This document shows, piece after piece, positions 31,444 to 40,761 of a stretch of 64,000 nucleotides of DNA. Origin of the DNA: Auanema rhodensis (lineage: Eukaryota; Animalia; Nematoda); assembly GCA_964057225.1 (NCBI GenBank), contig OZ059895.1:9362001-9426000 (forward strand), written 5' to 3'. A program made the position numbers and the translations under genes. The notes under the pieces were generated by a model. That model worked only from the letters and a program-made list of their open reading frames with translations, searched no databases and was not told the origin of the DNA. Position 1 is the first letter of the stretch, and each line of letters opens with the position of its first letter.

Positions 31444-32075
31444 AGTAGAGAGCCATGCCGAATTTACTAACCACGCCCCCAAACAGTTGCTAAAAACATA
31501 CTTTTGAGGGCGTCAGCTGTCAAAATCATACTTTTGGGGGCGTCAGCTGTCAAAATCATATTTTCGGCGTCAGCTGTCAAAAATATACTTTTCATCCCGA
31601 TGCAGGCTCTCGAGCCTGCGCATGAATCAAAATGCATGATTTTTTTTTAAAAATTATTTTTTAATGTATTATTTTAAATGAACTTTTATTATTTATATAT
31701 TTGTTAATTGTATTTGTAAATATTTTTAAACTTATTTCTTTTTAAATGTATTTTTAATATTCATATATGTTTTAAATTGTATTTGTAAATATTATTATTT
31801 AATTGTTTCTTTTTAAATATATTTTTAATAATATTTCTTTTTAAATGTATTTTAATCTTTATATATTTTTTAATTGTATCTTTAAAACTGAATAAATTAT
31901 TTCTCATATATATTGTTTTTTATTTATTTAAATATTTTTAAAAGGTAATCCATATGTTCACCGTACCTCTTATGGGTTAATCAATGGAACTCATATCGAA
32001 GGTTAATTCGATAAGAAGTAATAAATATTTAAACTTTAATGAAACACATATCGAAGGTTAATTCGATAAGATCGT
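31444..32075 (+). repeat. Maverick left TIR, type B, with CAGCTG repeats, a GCAGGCTC-TC-GAGCCTGC palindrome and inner TATCGAA-N6-TTCGATA repeats
   Basis: Directly visible; inner part 31955-32070 is inverted relative to 46370-46545. Confidence 0.85.
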
Positions 32076-32945
32076 TAAAACAGGTGCACTACACATGGCA
32101 AAAGTTGTGTTCATAAAAATATGATAAATAGCTGTACACCACATGTACCCATAACGCTAAAGAATACTTACTATGCCAAGGGGTCATGAGTATATACGAA
32201 TATTTTCAAACTTTTTAACATCAAAAATGTTACTTTAAAGTAATTGTTGTTGTAGCCCTAATAGTTTATAAATGTTCTGATAGCTAATGTAATTCATAAC
32301 TATGTTCAAGAATAGAATAAATGTTTCGTAATATATTTATTGAACAATAAATTTTCATTTAAAATTAGAACATGTGTTAACATTTTGTAAGAGTTTCTTT
32401 TTTACAAAGTGTCTGGAAATGTTGTACTTGTAATCGGATGTGTACAAGTCTGTTTTTCGCAACAATCCTGCGTTTCCTCAGTAGGATCCAACATTTTGAA
32501 TTAGTGTTTCCTAAACTATAAAAGTAAGAGTGTACCACAGCTGTTATAATAAGAATATGAATACAATATTAAACGATCCTATTGTAATCTTCCACAATTT
32601 TGGATGACAGTTGTTATTGTATAGGGACTTGTCACAAATGAGTTGAATTATTGTTAAATATTTGTAGTTACGAAATCGAATGATGTAACAAGTAATTAAT
32701 AAGCGGATAGTTACAGGTTGTTAATCCGGCAACTGTTGGCGCAATCGGTGTATTTGAGCGCATTTGACAGCTGTTTGCGCAACAAACTGCTAATTAATGT
32801 ATAAATGCATATATTTGTTGTAATATATAACAAATAGAAAAGCCGCATACAGCAGTCAACTGTTTTGTGAAAGAGGCGGAGTGGTTATAGCTTTACAACA
32901 AAGTTTGTATAAAAGGTGGCAAAATTTTTTAGACTGAAATTTGCA

Positions 32946-33075
32946 TTTCAGCTCCGCCAACAAGTCGACTCTACGATCCAGCTCTGTCAACAAGTCTACT
33001 CTCCGATCCAGCTCCGCCACCAAATCTTCTCGCCGATCCACCTCTGCCAACAAGTCGACGATCTGATCCAACGTC
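32946..33075. repeat. 30-bp tandem repeat, about 4 copies
   Basis: Unit consensus TCCAGCTCCGCCAACAAGTCGACTCTCCGA. Confidence 0.9.
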
Positions 33076-33170
33076 AACAGACTGCTGCTAGGACTTTCCT
33101 CTACTCTACTTGGACCCTAGACGTAAAAGTTCGTTGTTGTTTAGGAAAAGCCTCCAATTTAGCTACAAAC

Positions 33171-33763
33171 ATGAAGCGTTCCGCTCTTGTTGATGTAGAG
33201 AATATTGTACCTTCGACACCGGAACCGGATGTTCCACGACCACCCACACCAGGACCCAACTTTGCTGCCACATTCTTTGGTAAGGTTTTATTTTTGTTAT
33301 CAATTATTTTTTGTTTAGACACAAAAAAAAGCAGGTACAAATCTCAAAGGATAGCTCTCCACAACAGCCTGTAGTTATGAGACCAATATGTCTCTGCAAA
33401 ACTTGTAGGGATACATTGCAAGTCGTAGACGAGTACCACTGTTTCAGCCTCTGTGTCAAGTGTAGAGCGAGGAATGATGCCTTAGGGCTTTTAAAAGTTT
33501 TCCGTCATTATAAACCTGAAAATTCAACAATCAATGTGAGATTATAAAATTATTAATTCTAATTATTATTTTTTCTTTTACAGATGCGTTCCTATTCTAG
33601 CATGTCATCAAAACAATTGTTGAATAATATGGGTTACATTGCCATTTATACTGATGAGTCAACTGTCAAGTCTTTTGGTTATAAGCAGAATGTGTTCTAC
33701 TTTAAATTAAGTCAACAGGCGCTCAACTTGAATATGCTTATCCGTTTTGATCCATCGTTTTGA
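33171..33763 (+). CDS. Spliced Maverick accessory/cargo gene (~165 aa), Pro-rich N-terminus and CxCxxC...CxxC cluster; apparent frameshift in a poly-A run
   Basis: Exons 33171-33279, 33319-33535 and 33584-33763 with GT-AG boundaries; joining exons 1 and 2 needs a 1-nt change in the A8 run at 33323-33330. Confidence 0.55.
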
Positions 33764-33853
33764 CTACAACAAGCACAAACTGTTTAATGGACAGTTGGTT
33801 GATTTTGTTATGTTATATTTAAATTTTCTTAGCCGTAACATTTTTTTTTCCAG

Positions 33854-34070
33854 CTCTTGAAGTTTGAAATTATCCATCAACAGCCGACTCTCAAACCAAC
33901 TGGTAAGCATTGAAAATTTAAATATTATTCAGTTTATAATTATAGGTTATATCATTGTCTTGGCTTTTATGTTTTGCTGGTTTTTTATTGTTACATTATG
34001 CGATATATCAAATAAATCATTTATTATTAATACAATTGCTTACAACAACAGTGAAAAATTATACATTTAA
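33854..34070 (+). CDS. Possible small spliced membrane protein (3' exons)
   Basis: TTCCAG acceptor, exon LLKFEIIHQQPTLKPT, GTAAG..TAG intron, then GYIIVLAFMFCWFFIVTLC in frame. No clear start exon. Confidence 0.3.
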
Positions 34071-35028
34071 ATTTTCTGCATCTATCCATTCATTAAAGTT
34101 GTCGGGATATCCACTCCATTTTACAAATACTTGACGTTTACCGCTTCGAGTACGCTCTTTTAAAACTTTTTCTATATAGTACTTGTTGTTGTTTTAGTAC
34201 AATTGTGAATAGCTCCATTGTATATCCAGACTCGTAACTTTTTTCAAAAGTACGCCTGTTCTTGCTTATGCGAACATTATCACCAATTTTGAATCGGTTG
34301 CGAACAGCTGGTGCATATTGTTCAACGAATATATTTGCTGTAACATCTACGGGGCGCATTTTAATCGACCGATTGTAAGATTTGTTTATTCCTTCGACCA
34401 AGTCATCTAGTATATCAATCCAACGATGATTATTCTTGTAATAGAGATATTTCATCATGCGTGTTTTTAAAGTTCTATTTGCTCGCTCCACCATTGCAGC
34501 CTTTTGTGGTGAACTTGTAGATCCGTGCAGTATGGCAAACTTTTTGAATAGTTTTTCACAATGATTATTATAAAACTCTGTGCCATTATCAGTAATCAAC
34601 TGAATTGGTATAAAATTCTTGAATAAACTTTCAAATGCACTAGCAACCTCTATACCACCTTTAGTTTTCAAAGGTCTAACATATAACATTCGTGTATAAA
34701 CATCAATCATGGTCAACATGTAAGCATAGCCGTCGTTTAATTTTTTATATTTTTGCATATCAACCAAATCTGCTTGCACTGTTAGAAATCGACCACATCC
34801 TCTAGTCTTTCTAGTCTGCATACGCATTCTGGTTGGTTTATGCCGTGTAAAAGTTTCAGAATCTTGCAAAAAATTATCAACTTGTACCTTTGAAATGCCA
34901 TGTTTTCGTGCTTGCGATAATAAATTCTTGGCTGATGTATATGAAGCTGGATGTTTTATATCGTAATAAATGCTCGCCAAAATATCATTTCCATAATCTA
35001 ATGTAGAACCTTTTACGACCTTGGCCAT
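34059..35028 (-). pseudogene. Retroviral-like (rve) Maverick integrase with C-terminal chromodomain; deletion/frameshift near 34200
   Basis: QADLVDM, IDVYTR, TDNGTEF and VERANRTLK (DDE). A second frame resumes YYIEKVLKERTRSGKRQVFVKWSGYPDNFNEWID (chromodomain). Confidence 0.93.
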
Positions 35029-35701
35029 TCTGTGAGTCTCCTTCTTGTGGTGTGTAATATGATTCGGCGGCAGTATCAAAAGTCTTTGACCTTTTACTTT
35101 TCAGTGTACGAACCGGTGATGGTGAATATCTAATAACAGCTTTACGATGACGAGGCGTTCTAGGTAATATAGTAGAGTCCAAGTCTGTAACAGCCGGTTC
35201 AGCTCTAGTTACAACGTCAACTGAATCATTGTCAGCCGACTCTCTTCTAGTTTGTTTCTTGTTAGAACTAGGTACGCCTTTACTGGCTAAAAACTTTGAC
35301 AAGACTGAAAATCCATTGGGCTCCGTTTTTGTTTTATCCAATACAAAATCTAAAATTTTTGTAATATTCGTGTTTGGTACAGCCTCATTATTAATCACAA
35401 GTTGGTTATTCTTGTTTGTGCGCACCTCTGGAAAATTCTCCCACAAATTGTTATACTTTCTTGGCAACTTGTATTCTGGCAATAGAGGTGGATCAGCATT
35501 TTCCACTTGTACTGATATGGGCGCATCTATACTTTCTCTATAGTTTTTGAGACGAGCAATCAAGTCTTCGTATAGTTCAGCCTTTTTATAGTCGGGTATA
35601 GCTCTATTTTCTCTTAAAAGCTTGAGCTCTGCATCAAACTTGTCTATATTAATTGTTTCCTCGTCGACAGGAATTAGTCGATATTTATGGTTGAGCTTCA
35701 T
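34985..35701 (-). CDS. Maverick conserved hypothetical protein, 238 aa, basic C-terminus with QNGQG motif
   Basis: Intact ORF with homologous fragments at 47137-47523, 60457-60668 and 61142-61160. Confidence 0.85.
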   Translation of the reverse strand: MKLNHKYRLIPVDEETINIDKFDAELKLLRENRAIPDYKKAELYEDLIARLKNYRESIDAPISVQVENADPPLLPEYKLPRKYNNLWENFPEVRTNKNNQLVINNEAVPNTNITKILDFVLDKTKTEPNGFSVLSKFLASKGVPSSNKKQTRRESADNDSVDVVTRAEPAVTDLDSTILPRTPRHRKAVIRYSPSPVRTLKSKRSKTFDTAAESYYTPQEGDSQNGQGRKRFYIRLWK

Positions 35702-36006
35702 GATTTAAAACCAAAATAGGCAATACCACATGTAACTATTGTTTTCAATTGTTTGTGTGAAAGCGTTGCCAATAATGATTTAGCCTTTTCCGGTGTGCGT
35801 ATCAAAGCTATTTGACGTAATAATGAAGATATGGGCAAGAGGGTTTTATATTCCTTGTTAGTTAAAAGAAAATTATTATTTTTCACAATATTAAATACAA
35901 TTTCAACAATAATTTCAATTTGTGCAAAAGAAAATGAGGAAACAGAACAAGGAGTTTTGGCGCATGAAGACAAAAAGTTGAAATTTGACAAAATACGACC
36001 ACTCAT
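35698..36006 (-). CDS. Maverick conserved small protein, 102 aa
   Basis: Intact ORF (IEIIVEIVFNIVK motif), copies at 47520-47828 and 60837-61145; stop overlaps the next start (ATGA). Confidence 0.85.
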   Translation of the reverse strand: MSGRILSNFNFLSSCAKTPCSVSSFSFAQIEIIVEIVFNIVKNNNFLLTNKEYKTLLPISSLLRQIALIRTPEKAKSLLATLSHKQLKTIVTCGIAYFGFKS

Positions 36007-36018
36007 TGAACAAGCACT

Positions 36019-36666
36019 TTAAACACTAAACACATTTCTGGCAACATAAACAATAGGGTTCTCCGCTGTTATATCAGATAGTATACGCTGCTTCTCACTT
36101 GTTAAAGGATGATTGTCAATCAGTAAATGACTATAGGGAGTAGACATTGCATCATCATACGCCTCTAGAGCATTTTTGAAACGTGGCCCAAATAATTGCT
36201 GCAGACAATTACGTATTTGTAATATATCTGAATGACTTTTCATCAGTATTATATATGTACTATTGATTCGACTGGTCCTGTCCAGTTGAAATGCCGCTTG
36301 CACAAGATTAAACACTGCCAAATTCCAGTGATGAGCCCATACTGTAAAAATGTTGTTGAGTAATTCCTTTGCTGCTTTATTCGATGAAAAAAAGTTCATC
36401 AAATCATCCAGCACTAGTATAGTATTTACTCCCTTTTGTTCTTTTCTCAAATCAGGATCAGGAGGCCCTTGAATAACTATTAAACGCTCATCATTTATTG
36501 GTACACCTGACGATGACCCACATTGACTGAACCAGAATATTCTATCAATGGGGACGTTGAAAAACTTTTCAGTATTTTCACATATGTGCTTTATGAGGGT
36601 TGTTTTACCGCATTGGGTAGCACCTATTACAGTTGTCTGACTGGGTAGTTTGAAGCTGAAAACCAT
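36019..36666 (-). CDS. A32/FtsK-like genome packaging ATPase
   Basis: Walker A GATQCGKT, Walker B LVLDDLM, HHWN..VFNLVQ and RINSTY. Confidence 0.95.
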   Translation of the reverse strand: MVFSFKLPSQTTVIGATQCGKTTLIKHICENTEKFFNVPIDRIFWFSQCGSSSGVPINDERLIVIQGPPDPDLRKEQKGVNTILVLDDLMNFFSSNKAAKELLNNIFTVWAHHWNLAVFNLVQAAFQLDRTSRINSTYIILMKSHSDILQIRNCLQQLFGPRFKNALEAYDDAMSTPYSHLLIDNHPLTSEKQRILSDITAENPIVYVARNVFSV

Positions 36667-36744
36667 AATCAACCACTCGTAAATGTACCTAAAATGCAAA
36701 TGATTCATTTGCAATAGTGTACACGTATCAAGTGGTGGTTTGTC

Positions 36745-37602
36745 ATGGATGATTTTTACATTACTCTTCCATCATCAGTTGACTCTGAAAAAAGTAATAC
36801 ATCATCAGTGTTTCTTACCAGATTACCTGAAACACTAAGGCTACGCAATAATAGATATTGCATTGGGCTGACAGACATCATTTTTCCTTGTTTTATATTA
36901 AATGTTCAAAAAGATTTATCTTATACACTACGTTTTTCCAATAGAAAATTTATTCTGCACTTGCCTAAAGGCAACTATGCAAATGGTGATGAAATAATAC
37001 GCGGAATCAATGCTGGAAGAGAATCATTTATCGCCAACAATACAAAGCCTCTTGGAGCTGAGGAAGAAGCACGTATAAAAAGTTTAATAGATAAAGATGA
37101 AGATGTAAAAAAATGGTATAATAATCGCCAGGCTGAGGCTAAGCTAGTGGAGGAAATGCTCGCAGATGCCACATTTCAGTTTAACAAAACATTGCAGCGC
37201 ATAGAGTTTGTAACAAGCAAGCGACTATTAATGAATGCAACGCTTGGTGATGATTTTGCATATTTTCTTGGTTTTGAAAATAAAAACATCAACGATACAA
37301 TAATAGCCAGGCGTCCCATTGATTTTTCAAATAACATTAATACAATGTATATATATTGTGATATTGTAGAATATTCCATTCTTGGTAATGTGAAAGCTAA
37401 TTTACTTGCATGTTTACCTGTACCACCTCCTACTGAATTTGGTAAAATGATTGCCAAAACATTTAATCCTATTCGTTATGTACCAATCACTAGACAAACA
37501 CTCGATACCATACGTATTGAAATTTTAGATGAATTTGGTCGTCCTATGCAATTTAATTATGGTTCTACAGTTGTTACATTGCATGTTAAAAATATGAAAT
37601 AA
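36745..37602 (+). CDS. Minor capsid (penton, single jelly-roll) protein
   Basis: MDDFYITLPS start, F.TRLP, MYIYCDIVE...GN...LL, YVPI...IRIEILDEFGRP..F and VTLH, typical of Polinton minor capsid proteins. Confidence 0.9.
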   Translation: MDDFYITLPSSVDSEKSNTSSVFLTRLPETLRLRNNRYCIGLTDIIFPCFILNVQKDLSYTLRFSNRKFILHLPKGNYANGDEIIRGINAGRESFIANNTKPLGAEEEARIKSLIDKDEDVKKWYNNRQAEAKLVEEMLADATFQFNKTLQRIEFVTSKRLLMNATLGDDFAYFLGFENKNINDTIIARRPIDFSNNINTMYIYCDIVEYSILGNVKANLLACLPVPPPTEFGKMIAKTFNPIRYVPITRQTLDTIRIEILDEFGRPMQFNYGSTVVTLHVKNMK

Positions 37603-37607
37603 ACGTT

Positions 37608-38072
37608 TCATTCAACAGTTATACAATACCACATTTTTATTTTCGAAGGTTTAAAAGATAGTTTAGGGCAGTTTTGTTTGTCGCTCGGCTCGTGTTGTGA
37701 ATGTTCTCCGTCACTATTGCTGCGGCATCTTTTTGATTGGGTTGAATGTACAAACTCCTCAGCTTTTTCAAAGGGTTTGCTGGTATCATTTCCATCACCA
37801 TCTTCACCATTCGTTCCATTATTATTATGAATACGCCGAATATGACGCTCACAATTGAATCTTGTTCCAAAAGTTTCACTACAATGAGGACACAAACGTC
37901 TACGAACACCATCCAAATGTCCATATTTTTGAATAAAGTCAGCATTGCTGATATAATTGTTACATATGGGTTGAATCCCTGCATGTCTTTTCATAACGTG
38001 ATCACTAAAATGCTTGGTTGAAGAAAATATTTCCTTGCATGTACCACAATATTTGTTACATAAAAGTTCCAT
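37608..38072 (-). CDS. Two-finger C2H2 zinc-finger protein (Maverick accessory)
   Basis: CGTCKEIFSSTKHFSDHVMKRH and CPHCSETFGTRFNCERHIRRIH. Confidence 0.85.
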   Translation of the reverse strand: MELLCNKYCGTCKEIFSSTKHFSDHVMKRHAGIQPICNNYISNADFIQKYGHLDGVRRRLCPHCSETFGTRFNCERHIRRIHNNNGTNGEDGDGNDTSKPFEKAEEFVHSTQSKRCRSNSDGEHSQHEPSDKQNCPKLSFKPSKIKMWYCITVE

Positions 38073-38113
38073 TAGAGGAAAATGAAAAACGACCACACGC
38101 AATCAACCCACTT

Positions 38114-38284
38114 TTATATAATGAGCAATAATATGACTAGTGTTGTACAAAAGCCCAATCCCAATGCTATACCTTTAATAAATGGCACTGAAATACATTT
38201 CAACATTCTCCTGTATAAAGGCGCTGGTTTAGATTGCTCCAACGTGTATTTGACACATAATTCACAGTGACAAGGAATAGTCAT
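38114..38284 (-). CDS. Small (56 aa) CxCxxC protein with a C-terminal hydrophobic helix
   Basis: MTIPCHCELC...FIKGIALGLGFCTTLVILLLII; fills the gap between the protease and ZnF genes on the same strand. Confidence 0.5.
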   Translation of the reverse strand: MTIPCHCELCVKYTLEQSKPAPLYRRMLKCISVPFIKGIALGLGFCTTLVILLLII

Positions 38285-38325
38285 AACTGACCACGTAATG
38301 TAGCAGGTTATTAATGACAAATTTC

Positions 38326-38781
38326 TTATATAGTAGCCAATTTATAGTCGAATACTTTATGCATAAACGCTTTAATAAAGACATCATCATTTTTCAATAG
38401 TTTAAAAAATGAACAAATGCTTTCAAATGAATTACCAGCCGACAACATTAGTATTACAAATACCACATAGCCACCACAAGTGTATTCAATTAAACGTTGT
38501 GGTTTGCAAGTATTAATTTTTACCTTTTTATATTTGGCAAGATAATTTTGAATGTACTTGTTCATTTTATATCCCAAGCTACAGAAAAAATAGGCTTGCT
38601 TGTTACGGACAAAGATGACCTGCCAATGTGTGCCTGGCTTATCATGTGTGTCAGTATTTACGACAAGTGCAAAGTTTTTACGACGCGTTTTGGGTAGAGT
38701 ATCAGCGCTATATACACCGAGGAATAGTTTCCGAGTGCTGGGGACAGATTGCAATAGTGATACTATTTCAGACGAATACAT
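38326..38781 (-). CDS. Adenain-like (C5) maturation cysteine protease
   Basis: FLGVYSAD, VVNTD..KPGTHW, PQ...TCGGY; the usual FDS position reads FCS. Confidence 0.93.
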   Translation of the reverse strand: MYSSEIVSLLQSVPSTRKLFLGVYSADTLPKTRRKNFALVVNTDTHDKPGTHWQVIFVRNKQAYFFCSLGYKMNKYIQNYLAKYKKVKINTCKPQRLIEYTCGGYVVFVILMLSAGNSFESICSFFKLLKNDDVFIKAFMHKVFDYKLATI

Positions 38782-38832
38782 TTTAGTAGAATGATCTAGT
38801 GTAACTTTTGTATTGCGCGCGTGCGGTTCGAT

Positions 38833-39285
38833 ATGCCGCACCTCCTTTTGGATGTCAACTCTATTCAATGGACAACACTTTTAAATCAACAAATGGGTGG
38901 CGCCCCATTTAGCGGAATGATGTTTCAACGTGGAATGCAGAGGGGTCATGGCTTGGGTGGTATTTTGGCAACTTTGGCATCATTTCTACCACGCATCATT
39001 CAATCACCTATAGCCCAAAATCTTATCAATGCCGGAAGAAACGCCTTATCCAGTGCTGTAAGCAATAGTCCAGTTGTAAATTCACCTCTTGGCGGACAGT
39101 TGCTGAAAACTGGTAATGAAATTGTCGATGGGGTGCTGAAAGGCGATAATATCAAGGAAACTCTTAAAACAGCCGGCCGACAAGCTATACGAGATCTTAC
39201 CGGCTTGGGCAAACGGCGACGACGCAAAACCACAAAACCTCATAAGCGGTTGTGCATCACTCGTGAGCGGTCGTTTCACATTTAA
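38833..39285 (+). CDS. Putative virion core / membrane-lytic precursor protein with QxGxG motifs and basic tail
   Basis: QQMGG, FQRGMQRGHGLGGILATLASFL (amphipathic) and LTGLGKRRRRK; abuts the MCP start. Confidence 0.8.
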   Translation: MPHLLLDVNSIQWTTLLNQQMGGAPFSGMMFQRGMQRGHGLGGILATLASFLPRIIQSPIAQNLINAGRNALSSAVSNSPVVNSPLGGQLLKTGNEIVDGVLKGDNIKETLKTAGRQAIRDLTGLGKRRRRKTTKPHKRLCITRERSFHI

Positions 39286-40620
39286 ATGGCTAAATTGATA
39301 GATTCAAAATCAGCACAAGCCCTTTTACCTAATATCAACTATGGTGATATACCAGCGTCGGCATTAGGTGTAGAGTCTACTCGTACTGTACAAGTCCCTT
39401 TGAAAAATACTTTTCTTCCTCAAGGACCATGGGAATTTGTTATAGCTCAAAATTCCAAATCATTCCTCAATCTGAGAAGATGTTGGTTGAATGTAAAATT
39501 TAAAATTGTAACCACAAACGGTGATCCAGTACCAGACAACCTTGTTTTTGCACCATGTCAACAATTTGCTGCCAGTTTAATACATTCGTATCATTTGAAA
39601 ATTGGCGATGTTAGCGTGTATGACTCTACCGTGAATCATGCCTATAAAACATATATTGAGAATATTTTAATGTATAGCAACGATGTTAAAGAGAGCAAAC
39701 TTGCCATATCAGGCTATTATGCTGATAGATATATAGATAATGCATCCAGTGCTGGATTTAGAACGCGTCAAACGCTTGTAAAAAATGGCATATTGTGTGA
39801 GATGGCTGCTCCCGTCAGTATCGACCTATTTAATCAAGAGCGACTGTTTGTAAACTATTCAAAAATGGAGCTAACTGCATATCCAAACCGTGATAACTTT
39901 TTAATTGACACTCTAGGCTGGAATAATGAAAACAAGGATACTACATTAAAGGAGGAGTTTCCATATTTGAAAGTAGATATCAGCGATGTACATTTGCTCA
40001 TTCAAGAGTTTGATCTAAACGCTGGATTAGCTATGGCTATAGAAGATAAACTCGCAAAGGATCGAATACACTACCCCATGACATCAGTGAAAATGCGCTC
40101 TTATTTCATAGAAGGAGGCCGCTTGGATTCACCTAATAATATATTATTCACGTCTCATACACCAAAACGTGTTGTAGTAGGTCTTGTCGGCGCACACGCT
40201 TATAATGGTACTTTTAAACATTCGCCATTCAACTTTAAACCGTTTGATTTGAAAAATATATACTTGACGCTCAACAATAGGGTAATACCTACCCGTCGTT
40301 ATAATTTAGAATGGCGATCTTCCTATGCCACAGCATATATTGACATGCTCGAAGGTTTGGGACTTGGTCGTACAGATTCATCCAATGGTATTACACCAGC
40401 AATGTATAAAGCTGGTTTCACATTTTTTGTATTTGATATTTCTCCTACTGTGCATTCGTCAGAGTTATTTGATGTTATACGACAAGGTAATGTAGCCTTG
40501 AAATTGGAATTTGGTCAACAAACGCCGCAAGAGGGCTTATATGCAATTGTTTATGCAGAGTATGACTCTATTCTTTCAATTGACAACAATCGTGCTCCAT
40601 ATATTGATACCAGTTTGTAA
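39286..40620 (+). CDS. Major capsid protein (double jelly-roll)
   Basis: 444 aa intact ORF; YKTYIE..L.YS, DLFNQERL, PKRVVVGLV...AYNG...SPFNF and GFTFFVFD, typical of Polinton MCPs. Confidence 0.93.
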   Translation: MAKLIDSKSAQALLPNINYGDIPASALGVESTRTVQVPLKNTFLPQGPWEFVIAQNSKSFLNLRRCWLNVKFKIVTTNGDPVPDNLVFAPCQQFAASLIHSYHLKIGDVSVYDSTVNHAYKTYIENILMYSNDVKESKLAISGYYADRYIDNASSAGFRTRQTLVKNGILCEMAAPVSIDLFNQERLFVNYSKMELTAYPNRDNFLIDTLGWNNENKDTTLKEEFPYLKVDISDVHLLIQEFDLNAGLAMAIEDKLAKDRIHYPMTSVKMRSYFIEGGRLDSPNNILFTSHTPKRVVVGLVGAHAYNGTFKHSPFNFKPFDLKNIYLTLNNRVIPTRRYNLEWRSSYATAYIDMLEGLGLGRTDSSNGITPAMYKAGFTFFVFDISPTVHSSELFDVIRQGNVALKLEFGQQTPQEGLYAIVYAEYDSILSIDNNRAPYIDTSL

Positions 40621-40761
40621 TGTATGTAATAAAATTCTTTAAAAGATTTAAGAATAAAATTTATTAATACAACTATTTTTAAAAATAAATACATGTACAA
40701 TGATAAAATTTTATAAATACAAATATATACAAGATGATAAAAATTTATAAATTCAAATATA

